From positions 1 through 25,857 of the IMG/VR virus record IMGVR_UViG_3300029448_000378: a DNA stretch of 25,857 bases; one strand, given 5' to 3'. Each line of letters begins with the position of its first letter. Positions within the stretch are counted from its first letter, which is position 1. The notes below the pieces were generated by a model that was not told the DNA's origin, made no database searches, and saw only the letters and a list, made by a program, of their open reading frames with translations. The position numbers were made by a program, and so were the translations under genes. The DNA is from a virus. Lineage: Duplodnaviria; Caudoviricetes. Below are positions 16,909 to 25,316 of the stretch, one piece after another.

Positions 16909-19900
16909 TGAGCAATATTGATTGGGACTTTATTGGTGAGCTAGAAGGTAAACGCAAGCTAAAGGGATATGTTCCTGATGCTGAAGGATCAAAGTCTGGT
17001 GTCACTATTGCAACCGGATTTGATCTGGGAGCCAGAAACCTGTCTGATCTTGCTGGATTGCCTCAAGATATTATTGACGTTCTAACACCGTATCTCGGAA
17101 TCAAAGGTGCAGAAGCATCTGACCTTGCAAGTGAGTTAGTTGTTGATGATTCACAGGCAAAGATTATTGATGAGTTTTCTCACAACGAAGCTGTTGAAAG
17201 ACTTAGCTCAAGCTGGGAGTCAAAGACAGGCACACCTTTTTCTGAGTTGCCTATGGGCAAAGCTACAACAATAGCATCTGTAGCATTTCAGTATGGTGAC
17301 TTGGCTTCCAAAGCACCTAACTTCTGGGAGCAAGTTACGACTGATGACTGGGATGGTGCTGTAGCAAACTTGCGTAATTTTGGCGATAACTACAAAACTC
17401 GCAGAAACAAAGAGGCTGAATATTTTCAAAAAAAAAGACTTGAGGACACCCTAGCTGTGACCGCCCCGGCAGATGCACCGTCAAGGCAGTTAACCAATGA
17501 AGAGCTAATGGCAAAAGTCCAAGGTCAAATTGCTGAATCTAAAGAGCCTGTTATAGAAGGTGGTATAAAGACACCTATAGATACAGAAATAGCAGATTTT
17601 GATATTGCTCAGACAAACGAGCAACGTGCTTTAGAACAGGACTTTTATGATTCTCCAGAAGCTGTAGACAGAACTACAAAGTCCAACAGTATGCTTCCTG
17701 ATACAAAAGCAGTTACTGATTCATACACAAGCTTGTATGGAAAGTCTGGTGAGGTTTACGGTAACAGAGTTCAATCTAAATTTGGCAATGAAGATGAATA
17801 TGACTATGCCGTATTTGATGAGACATTTGATAATGTTTGGGGTGCAGCATTTCGTCAGAACAACTTTGTCCCTGCAATAAACAGAATGCTTGAATCTATG
17901 GACTCTCAGTACAAAAATGTTGAGGGTTATGATGCCTTTAAAGATAAAGAATTAAAGTCTCAGCTTGGTGGTGACGAAGGTCTTTGGATGTTTCGTCATA
18001 GCGGAAGCCCAGCAGAGTCACAGTTAAAGTTAGAGAGAATGAAACAGGATGCAGAAGACATGGCGTTTCTTTCTGCAACAGACAGCACTGGCGCACAGGT
18101 TGTTGCATCTTTAGCTTCACCAACTACATTACTGCCACTTGCTCCCGCTAGAGTTATGAAGATGGCATCTGGTGGAAAGCGTTTTGTGGGTGGCACTGCA
18201 TTTACTGGTGCAGCTTTATACCCAGAGCAAATGCTTATTGAGTCTCAAAATGAGTATCGTGACGCATCTCACTCTGCTCTGATGCTTAGTGCTTTAAGTC
18301 TTGTTGGTGGTAGCCTTGCTTATAAGTTTGGCGGTGTAAAGCGAATGGTAGATCCCGACATGCCTACTGGCAGTGGTGGGGAACAAGTCTACAGATCAGC
18401 CGGAGCTAGTGTTTCACCAGAGCGTTATCGTCAAAGCATGTACGCTACTATGGAACAGGATGCGTTAAAGGAGACAGGTATAGGATTGGAAAAGCTTCCT
18501 TGGAATCCTGTTATTCGTATGCTTAACAGTCCGAATCCATTTGTAAGAACAGTAGCTACTGGTTTAGTTGATACTGGCGGTATGATGCAGAAGAAGGTGG
18601 ATGAGGGGCTATCTATGGATCAGTCTGTCGAGTCTACATTTAGAGCAAAGTATCTTGGCCCTCTTCGTCAAGCCCTTACCGAAGTAGACAAAACATACTT
18701 GGCTTATAGGGGCAAGGTGGCTTCTGATAGCGACATAGCAAGATCAGTTCAAATGCTAAGAACATCTGTATCTGATAAATTTAATCGAGCAGGAAGTCAT
18801 ATGACAGAAGCTCAGTTCAGAAACCGTGTGGCAAGAGCTATGCGTCGTGGTGATGTTGATAATGTTGGTGATGAAGCATCTGAGTTTGTAACAGCAGCCG
18901 CTGGTCAGTATAGAAAAGTATTTGATTTAGTTAAGAAAGAAGCAAACAGTGTCAGGTTGTTTGAGACTCAGCTTACAAAAGATATTGCAGCAGCGAGAGC
19001 AGCTAATAATGTAAATAGGGTTAAGCAGTTGGAAGAAGCTATGGCAAAGCTTCAGGAGCAAGGCGTTACTGCAAACAATGCGCTGTCTTACGTTCCTCGT
19101 ATTTTCCGTGTAGATAAAATTATGGAACGCTCTAGCGAGTTTCTGTCTATTATAGAGCGTCATGCTGTTACATCTATGAAGATGTCCAGAGCAGCGGCTA
19201 AGACATATGCACAAAATGTAATGGATACAGTTACTAGAAGCAGACCCTATCTGGATCTTGATGATGCAGCAGATCAACTGGACTTTATGATAAGCCCATC
19301 TGGTGTTAAAGCATCTACGTTAAATGTTCCTGATGACTTGCTTGAAGAGTTTATTGAGAACGACATTGAGACACTACTGCGGCATCATGTAAAAACTATG
19401 GGAATGGACATAGAGCTTACTGCTCGTTATGGCAGTATAGATATGAAGTCTGTTATTGATGAGATTACAGCAGATTATGCTCGTCTAATTGATGAAGCGC
19501 CCTCTTCATCTGTTCAGGCTTCTAAAAAACCCCCTAAGTTTGATTCAGGTTTTTCAAACATGGCTGCATTTGAAAAACATTTTGATACTGGCGTTCAAGC
19601 AGAAGTAACGATGTTTAGAGGAAGTGGTGGTGGAGGTAAGGTTGCTTTTCAAGAAAATGCTTTTGGATCAGGTGTGTATCTTGCTAGAACAAAACGTACT
19701 GCAAAAAAATATGGAAAAGAATTGCAAGAGCTTTCTGTTCGATTAAAAAATCCTATTGTGTTTAAGTCAGACAAAGACTTGTTAGATTACTATAAAGGAA
19801 CAGAAAATTCTTTTGCATATAATCAATTTTTAGAAGTTAAAGATAATCTATTCAAAGCAATAGATGATTTAAATGACGCAATCTCTAAAAAGAAATCTAT

Positions 19901-21530
19901 GAAAGAGGTTCGTGAACTTAGTGATAAAATTTTTAACGACAAAGGGGCAGTAAGATCTCTTAATACATCTTATACTCTTATGAGAAGAGATATGATGAAT
20001 AAGGTATCTGATTCAGTTCGTGCAGAAGGATATGATTCTGCTGTATTTGCATTTAGGCAACCTAATTTTTATCAAGCAACTAAAGGCGACATTACTCCAA
20101 GCAAAATGCTAAAAGAGTATAATTCGGCCAGAAGGTTTAATAAGGAATCTGAAGACATGTTTATGTCTTTAAGCCACGATCAAATTGTATTGTTTAAAGG
20201 TATTGATGAATACAAAATAGTAGATAAGGTTGCAGACAACTCTAATCTCACTAAAGAAGCTTTAAACAAAAAAATGACTCGTGACCTAGAAGATCTTCGT
20301 GGCTTAAGAGATCGTGTTCGTGGAACCTATGGTGCGTCTAAAGATCCACATCAACTGTCTAGCAGATTTGTTCGTGTAATGAAGTCATTCAATGTTCTTG
20401 TTGGCATGGGTGGGGCAATGATTTCATCTGTTCCTGATGTATTTAGAACCACGATGGTTGAAGGGTTCAGAACAACAAATGAAAAAGGATTTAAGAATCT
20501 ATTTGCTGATCAGGCTACATATGTAAAGAAACTAAAGCAGAAAGAGCTAGCTGCTGCTGGCGTTGCTGTTGATGCTACTCTTGGGTTAAGAGCGCACTCC
20601 TTTAGTGATATGGGTGATTTGTTTGGATCTAGGTACACGTTAGAACGTGGTCTTAATCAGGCAACTGGTGTTTTCTTCATGATGAATGGTTTGAATTACT
20701 GGAACCAGATGCTTAAAGAGTTTGCTGGTAACGTAACCATGCTCCGTATGACAGATGCTTTGACAACAACATGGGAAGCATTGTCAAAAGCTGACAAAGA
20801 AAAGCTGTTAAAGAATGGTATTGATCGTCAAGACGCCTATCGTATGCGTCAACAGATCCAGCAACACGGAACAAATGTAGATGGTCAGAGGCTTCCTAAC
20901 ACAGATGACTGGACTGATCCTGCAATGCGTTTGAAGTTTCGTATTGCTTTGAACCAGAATGTAGAGCGTATCATTGTAACCCCCGGAGCTGGTGATCGAG
21001 CTTTGTGGACATCCACCGAGTTTGGCTCGATGCTTACTCAGTTCAAATCATTTGGTCAGGGAGCAATGGTTCGCATGGCTACTGCTGGTCTTCAAGAACG
21101 TGATGGTGCTTTCTGGCAAGGAGCTACATTGCTGGTTGCTATGGGTGGTCTTGTTAACGAAGTTAAGAGAGCGCAGTACGGCATAGACGATAAAGAAACA
21201 TTTGATGAGAAGCTGTTAAATGCTGTTGATCGCTCTGGCATTATGGGTTGGGCTATGGATGTAAATAATGCTGTGGAAAAGTTATCTGATAATAAACTTG
21301 GTATGAGGCCAGCATTTACAGATCAGCCTCAGTACAAGCTTCCTGATACAGCAAAAGCTGGTGCTGTACTTGGGCCTTCTGCAAGTAACTTAATGAATAT
21401 ATCCAGTGTGATGGGTGATGTTGTCACTTTTAATGCTAATCAGGATACTCTTGATACAGCTAGGTTTGTAACTCCAGGGTCTACATTACCGTATCTCGAT
21501 CCGATATATGACGGTGTTTTTGGTCAATAG
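16908..21530 (+). CDS. large ejection protein (gp16-like) with N-terminal pesticin-like muramidase and an ART-like insert
   Basis: IDWDFIGELEG...GYVP...SGVTIATGFDLG muramidase motif; C-terminal QFKSF-type region; FRG/FGSGVYL/LKNP/GYDS insert. ATG start at the TAATG overlap. Confidence 0.8.
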   Translation: MSNIDWDFIGELEGKRKLKGYVPDAEGSKSGVTIATGFDLGARNLSDLAGLPQDIIDVLTPYLGIKGAEASDLASELVVDDSQAKIIDEFSHNEAVERLSSSWESKTGTPFSELPMGKATTIASVAFQYGDLASKAPNFWEQVTTDDWDGAVANLRNFGDNYKTRRNKEAEYFQKKRLEDTLAVTAPADAPSRQLTNEELMAKVQGQIAESKEPVIEGGIKTPIDTEIADFDIAQTNEQRALEQDFYDSPEAVDRTTKSNSMLPDTKAVTDSYTSLYGKSGEVYGNRVQSKFGNEDEYDYAVFDETFDNVWGAAFRQNNFVPAINRMLESMDSQYKNVEGYDAFKDKELKSQLGGDEGLWMFRHSGSPAESQLKLERMKQDAEDMAFLSATDSTGAQVVASLASPTTLLPLAPARVMKMASGGKRFVGGTAFTGAALYPEQMLIESQNEYRDASHSALMLSALSLVGGSLAYKFGGVKRMVDPDMPTGSGGEQVYRSAGASVSPERYRQSMYATMEQDALKETGIGLEKLPWNPVIRMLNSPNPFVRTVATGLVDTGGMMQKKVDEGLSMDQSVESTFRAKYLGPLRQALTEVDKTYLAYRGKVASDSDIARSVQMLRTSVSDKFNRAGSHMTEAQFRNRVARAMRRGDVDNVGDEASEFVTAAAGQYRKVFDLVKKEANSVRLFETQLTKDIAAARAANNVNRVKQLEEAMAKLQEQGVTANNALSYVPRIFRVDKIMERSSEFLSIIERHAVTSMKMSRAAAKTYAQNVMDTVTRSRPYLDLDDAADQLDFMISPSGVKASTLNVPDDLLEEFIENDIETLLRHHVKTMGMDIELTARYGSIDMKSVIDEITADYARLIDEAPSSSVQASKKPPKFDSGFSNMAAFEKHFDTGVQAEVTMFRGSGGGGKVAFQENAFGSGVYLARTKRTAKKYGKELQELSVRLKNPIVFKSDKDLLDYYKGTENSFAYNQFLEVKDNLFKAIDDLNDAISKKKSMKEVRELSDKIFNDKGAVRSLNTSYTLMRRDMMNKVSDSVRAEGYDSAVFAFRQPNFYQATKGDITPSKMLKEYNSARRFNKESEDMFMSLSHDQIVLFKGIDEYKIVDKVADNSNLTKEALNKKMTRDLEDLRGLRDRVRGTYGASKDPHQLSSRFVRVMKSFNVLVGMGGAMISSVPDVFRTTMVEGFRTTNEKGFKNLFADQATYVKKLKQKELAAAGVAVDATLGLRAHSFSDMGDLFGSRYTLERGLNQATGVFFMMNGLNYWNQMLKEFAGNVTMLRMTDALTTTWEALSKADKEKLLKNGIDRQDAYRMRQQIQQHGTNVDGQRLPNTDDWTDPAMRLKFRIALNQNVERIIVTPGAGDRALWTSTEFGSMLTQFKSFGQGAMVRMATAGLQERDGAFWQGATLLVAMGGLVNEVKRAQYGIDDKETFDEKLLNAVDRSGIMGWAMDVNNAVEKLSDNKLGMRPAFTDQPQYKLPDTAKAGAVLGPSASNLMNISSVMGDVVTFNANQDTLDTARFVTPGSTLPYLDPIYDGVFGQ

Positions 21531-21566
21531 ATGTGAATTAACGTAATGAAGCCAACAATGTATAAG
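21531..21566 (+). promoter_or_regulatory. candidate late promoter for the tail fibre genes
   Basis: ATGTGAA-TTAACG-N17-TATAAG; first 12 nt identical to 9219-9230. Confidence 0.6.
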
Positions 21567-21574
21567 AGGATATT

Positions 21575-24016
21575 ATGGCAACTATACAAATAGCAGACAA
21601 TGATGCTCGTGTTCAATATACGCAGGCTGTTACTGCGGATACAACACAGCTAACCATTGATTATCCTTTTTTTGGCCTTGATGATATCAATGTCATTGTA
21701 ACAAGTGCGGCTGGTGTAGACACAACTCTTTCTAGAGGGACTGGAACTGGCACATTTGCTGTTGTCGGCACTTCTGTAGATGATGGTTTTTCTGGTGGCC
21801 ATGTAACTCTTGGCGACACTTACAGTAACGCAGCAACCAAGTATACAATATTCAGAAACATTGCCGTTGCAAGAACTACCGACTTCCCTACATCGGGGCC
21901 ATTTAATATTAGCTCTCTCAATACCGAGTTAGATAAGATCTTTGCTATTGAGCAGGAACTTGAGACTCAGCTTAACAGAACCATGAAGCTTGCTGAATCT
22001 GATACGGCAGCAACATTGTCTCTACCTAATCTTGATACTCGTAAGGGTACTGTTCTTGCTTTTAATGCAACATCTGGTCTTCCTGAAGCTGGACCTAGTA
22101 TTGGTGATGTATCAACTATCTCAGCAATTACTGCTGATATTTCTACATTAGCCGATATTGAGGATGGCACAGACGCAACGGATGCAATTCAAACTGTAGC
22201 TGGTATTAGTGCGAATGTTACAACAGTAGCGGGAATATCAAGCAATGTATCTACCGTAGCTGGCATAAACGCTAACGTGACGACAGTTGCTGGTGTTGCT
22301 GCTAATGTAACCACCGTTGCTGGGGTTAGCTCTGACGTTTCAACAGTCGCTGGCATTTCAGCAAATGTGACAACAGTAGCGGCAGATGGTGCTGATATTG
22401 GTACAGTTGCTGGTATTAGTGCGAATGTTACAAATGTATCTAACATTTCGTCTGATGTAACAACCGCTGCTGGTATATCAGCTAACATAACTTCTGTTGC
22501 TGGCAATTCAACAAACATTAATACTGTTGCTGGAGTTTCTTCAAATATAACTACAGTAGCAGGCATTTCTTCTGATATAACTACAGTAGCAGGGATTAGT
22601 TCTGATGTTGCTGCTGTAGAAAATATTGCTGCTAATGTGACAACAGTAGCTGGCATTGATAGTAACATTACTACTGTAGCTGGTGTGTCAGCTAACGTAA
22701 CAACTTTAGCTGGAATTAGCTCAGATGTAACAACACTAGCCAATGCTTTATCCGCAACCACAACATACGCTGTTACTGTTGCCAGTGTAGGCGGGTCAAA
22801 TGTATTTGTTTTAGATGGGTCAAACAATCCATCTATACAGCTTGATCGTGGCAACACATATATCTTTGACCAATCAGACGCAAGCAACTCAGGTCATACT
22901 TTAGCGTTTAAAAATGGCAGTAGTAGCTACACAACCGGGGTAACAACTACTGGTACTGCTGGGCAGGCTGGAGCAAAAACAACTATTATTGTAGATGCGG
23001 CGGCTCCATCTAGCGGATTGCTATATTATTGCGTTGCTCATGGCAATGCGATGGGTAATAGCATTACTACTGTAACAAGTAATTTTGCTGTAGTTGCTAG
23101 TAATATAGGAAACATTAATACTGTAGCTGGATCAAACTCAGACATTAATTCTCTTGCTGCGATTACTAGCACATTAACTGCCGTTAATAATAACTCAACT
23201 AACATCAACGCTGTTAACACTAACAGCGCAAACATCAATACTGTAGCAGGATCGAATAGCAATATAACTTCTGTTGCGGGTTCGATTGCTAACGTAAATA
23301 CCGTTGCATCAAACCTAACTAATGTTAATGCTTTTGCTGATACTTATTTTGTAAGTGGAACAGCACCATCATCACCAACAACTGGTGATCTCTGGTTTGA
23401 TACATCATCTGATACTATGAAAGTTTACGGTGGATCGGGTTTCCAAAACGCTGGATCATCAGTCAACGGAACATCGCAGCGTGTGTCTTATACAGCAACG
23501 GCTAATCAAACTAGCTTTGCTGCAACTTACGATGCTGGTTATGTGGATGTGTATTTAAACGGTATCAAACTAATAAGCGGCACTGACTTTACTGCAACTA
23601 ATGGCACAGCGGTTGTTTTGGCATCTGGTGCAGCGGTTAATGACACAGTAGACATTGTGGCTTTTGGTACGTTTGTTCTTAGTAACTTTAGTGTCGGAGA
23701 TGCTAATGATGTAAGCGTATCTGGCGCATCATCAGGTGATGTACTGACATATAACGGTTCTGCTTTTGCACCATCTGCACCATCGGTTCCGACACTAAGC
23801 AGCCTTGGCATAGCTAATCACAATAATCTAACAGTCGATGGTAGTGGCAATGTTGCGCTTGGCACAAGCAGCGTGTCGTTTGGCACAAGCAAATGGGCAA
23901 TTGTTTTAGACGGCAATGATTTGGATTTTCAATACAATGGCACAACCGTTTTCAAACTTGCATCTAGCGGTGCAGTCACCTCGGCCGATGACATCACAGC
24001 TTTCGGGAGTCCATAA
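21575..24016 (+). CDS. tail fibre protein
   Basis: T7 gp17-like N-terminal anchor (RTTDF...SLNTELD), 10-aa repeats, cupredoxin-like insert, VDVYLNGIKL module, C-terminal DITAFGSP tip. Confidence 0.88.
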   Translation: MATIQIADNDARVQYTQAVTADTTQLTIDYPFFGLDDINVIVTSAAGVDTTLSRGTGTGTFAVVGTSVDDGFSGGHVTLGDTYSNAATKYTIFRNIAVARTTDFPTSGPFNISSLNTELDKIFAIEQELETQLNRTMKLAESDTAATLSLPNLDTRKGTVLAFNATSGLPEAGPSIGDVSTISAITADISTLADIEDGTDATDAIQTVAGISANVTTVAGISSNVSTVAGINANVTTVAGVAANVTTVAGVSSDVSTVAGISANVTTVAADGADIGTVAGISANVTNVSNISSDVTTAAGISANITSVAGNSTNINTVAGVSSNITTVAGISSDITTVAGISSDVAAVENIAANVTTVAGIDSNITTVAGVSANVTTLAGISSDVTTLANALSATTTYAVTVASVGGSNVFVLDGSNNPSIQLDRGNTYIFDQSDASNSGHTLAFKNGSSSYTTGVTTTGTAGQAGAKTTIIVDAAAPSSGLLYYCVAHGNAMGNSITTVTSNFAVVASNIGNINTVAGSNSDINSLAAITSTLTAVNNNSTNINAVNTNSANINTVAGSNSNITSVAGSIANVNTVASNLTNVNAFADTYFVSGTAPSSPTTGDLWFDTSSDTMKVYGGSGFQNAGSSVNGTSQRVSYTATANQTSFAATYDAGYVDVYLNGIKLISGTDFTATNGTAVVLASGAAVNDTVDIVAFGTFVLSNFSVGDANDVSVSGASSGDVLTYNGSAFAPSAPSVPTLSSLGIANHNNLTVDGSGNVALGTSSVSFGTSKWAIVLDGNDLDFQYNGTTVFKLASSGAVTSADDITAFGSP
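22190..22745 (+). repeat. 30-nt/10-aa tandem coding repeats (consensus GISANVTTVA)
   Basis: About 18 degenerate copies visible in the translation; a second block lies at about 23090-23330. Confidence 0.9.
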
Positions 24017-25104
24017 TGAGTATTGCGGCGTCAGGGGCAGTATCGTTTGCTGATTTGAGGACTGAATTTGTAGGTGGCTCATCAGCAATAAGCATGGATG
24101 ATTTATACCGTGGCGGCTCTAATATTCTGTCTAAGGCTGGTGATAACCCTGCTGTCAATCTAGCTGCTTCTGTTCCTACGTCTGGCGTAATTGACATACA
24201 AGATTTTTACAGCACAGCTAAAGGTTTTAAAAATACTGTTAGCAGTTCAACAACTAATATTGATGCTAATGCTTTGTTTGGTGACGATTACGATGTCAAC
24301 TATCCAAAAATTATAGACATTAATTCTGGCGTTACTATTGGTGGCAATGGTGATGAAGCTATAGACATTCCATCTGGATTAGCGTCAACGCTTACTATCA
24401 ACAATGCTGGAACAGTTATTGGATTCGGTGGTGCGTCTGCTGGCGCAGCGGGTGGTTCTGCTATTAACTGCGCTACAAGCGGAGTGACCATCAATAACAC
24501 AGGCCAGATTTCTGGTGGGGGCGGCGCTGGAAATGTAGGCGGTCAGGGCGGCAACGGAAGTTACTCAACTTCAACAACTCTTGGTTACAGTTCCAGCACC
24601 GCATATTGGAAAATTGCTAAAAATGGCTATACAGATTTTCGCTGGATTTACATCACTGCTGGAAGTTCATCATATGCGGCATATGGATATGTAGGGTCAC
24701 ACTTGTCTGGTGTTACTTCTTATGCTGGGTATGGAAGAGGCCCTTTCGTCACAACTCATACAAACCTAGATGGTGATCAATACGCAAAAAGTTATCGAGT
24801 AATCACAACCACAACAAGCTCATCCACAGGCGGTGCTGGTGGCTCATTTGGCGTGGGTGCTGGCTATAATCAATCAGCTACAAACGGTGGGTCAGGCGCA
24901 TCTGGATCAAACAATGCTGGATCGGGCGGTGCTGGATCGAACGGCGCAGCTTTGGGAACAGCAGCATCAACATCGAGTGCAGGTGCTAATGGAAATGCAA
25001 GTAACGGAGCAGCCGGAAATGCTGGTGGCGCAGCCGGAGCAGCGGTAACAGGAACATCAGTTACAATGAATAACACAGGAACTTTAAACGGAGCAGTCGC
25101 ATGA
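24016..25104 (+). CDS. glycine-rich tail fibre adhesin (T2 gp38-like), copy 1
   Basis: LTINNAGTVIGFGG, GGSAIN and INNTGQISGGGG motifs; polyglycine segments; aromatic-rich central region. Confidence 0.7.
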   Translation: MSIAASGAVSFADLRTEFVGGSSAISMDDLYRGGSNILSKAGDNPAVNLAASVPTSGVIDIQDFYSTAKGFKNTVSSSTTNIDANALFGDDYDVNYPKIIDINSGVTIGGNGDEAIDIPSGLASTLTINNAGTVIGFGGASAGAAGGSAINCATSGVTINNTGQISGGGGAGNVGGQGGNGSYSTSTTLGYSSSTAYWKIAKNGYTDFRWIYITAGSSSYAAYGYVGSHLSGVTSYAGYGRGPFVTTHTNLDGDQYAKSYRVITTTTSSSTGGAGGSFGVGAGYNQSATNGGSGASGSNNAGSGGAGSNGAALGTAASTSSAGANGNASNGAAGNAGGAAGAAVTGTSVTMNNTGTLNGAVA

Positions 25105-25316
25105 CCAGAGCAAGAGACATTGCAAACCTTCTTGATGCAAGTGGTGACATTGTTGTTGGGGCATTAGATAATGTTGCAGCATTTCCTACTGGTTGGTCTG
25201 CTGCGTTAGATGGCTCCGACATGGTGTTTATCTATAACAGCGTTGAGGTTTTTAAGATTACAACCGCTGGTGCTATTGTTGCTAAAGATAATATAACTGC
25301 TTTCGGAACACCGTAA
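25101..25316 (+). CDS. mini tail-fibre protein (MTRARD N-terminus plus fibre-tip module)
   Basis: C-terminal ~41 aa align without gaps to the C-terminus of the main fibre; ATGA and TAATG overlaps. Confidence 0.8.
   Translation: MTRARDIANLLDASGDIVVGALDNVAAFPTGWSAALDGSDMVFIYNSVEVFKITTAGAIVAKDNITAFGTP

Noticed and set aside
19500-20250. Intein or intron as the explanation of the insert
   Set aside because: No Cys/Ser...His-Asn splice motifs or homing endonuclease motifs seen, and the frame is continuous.
22189-22887. 232-aa antisense ORF and other antisense ORFs over structural genes
   Set aside because: Explained by codon bias and repeats of the sense gene.
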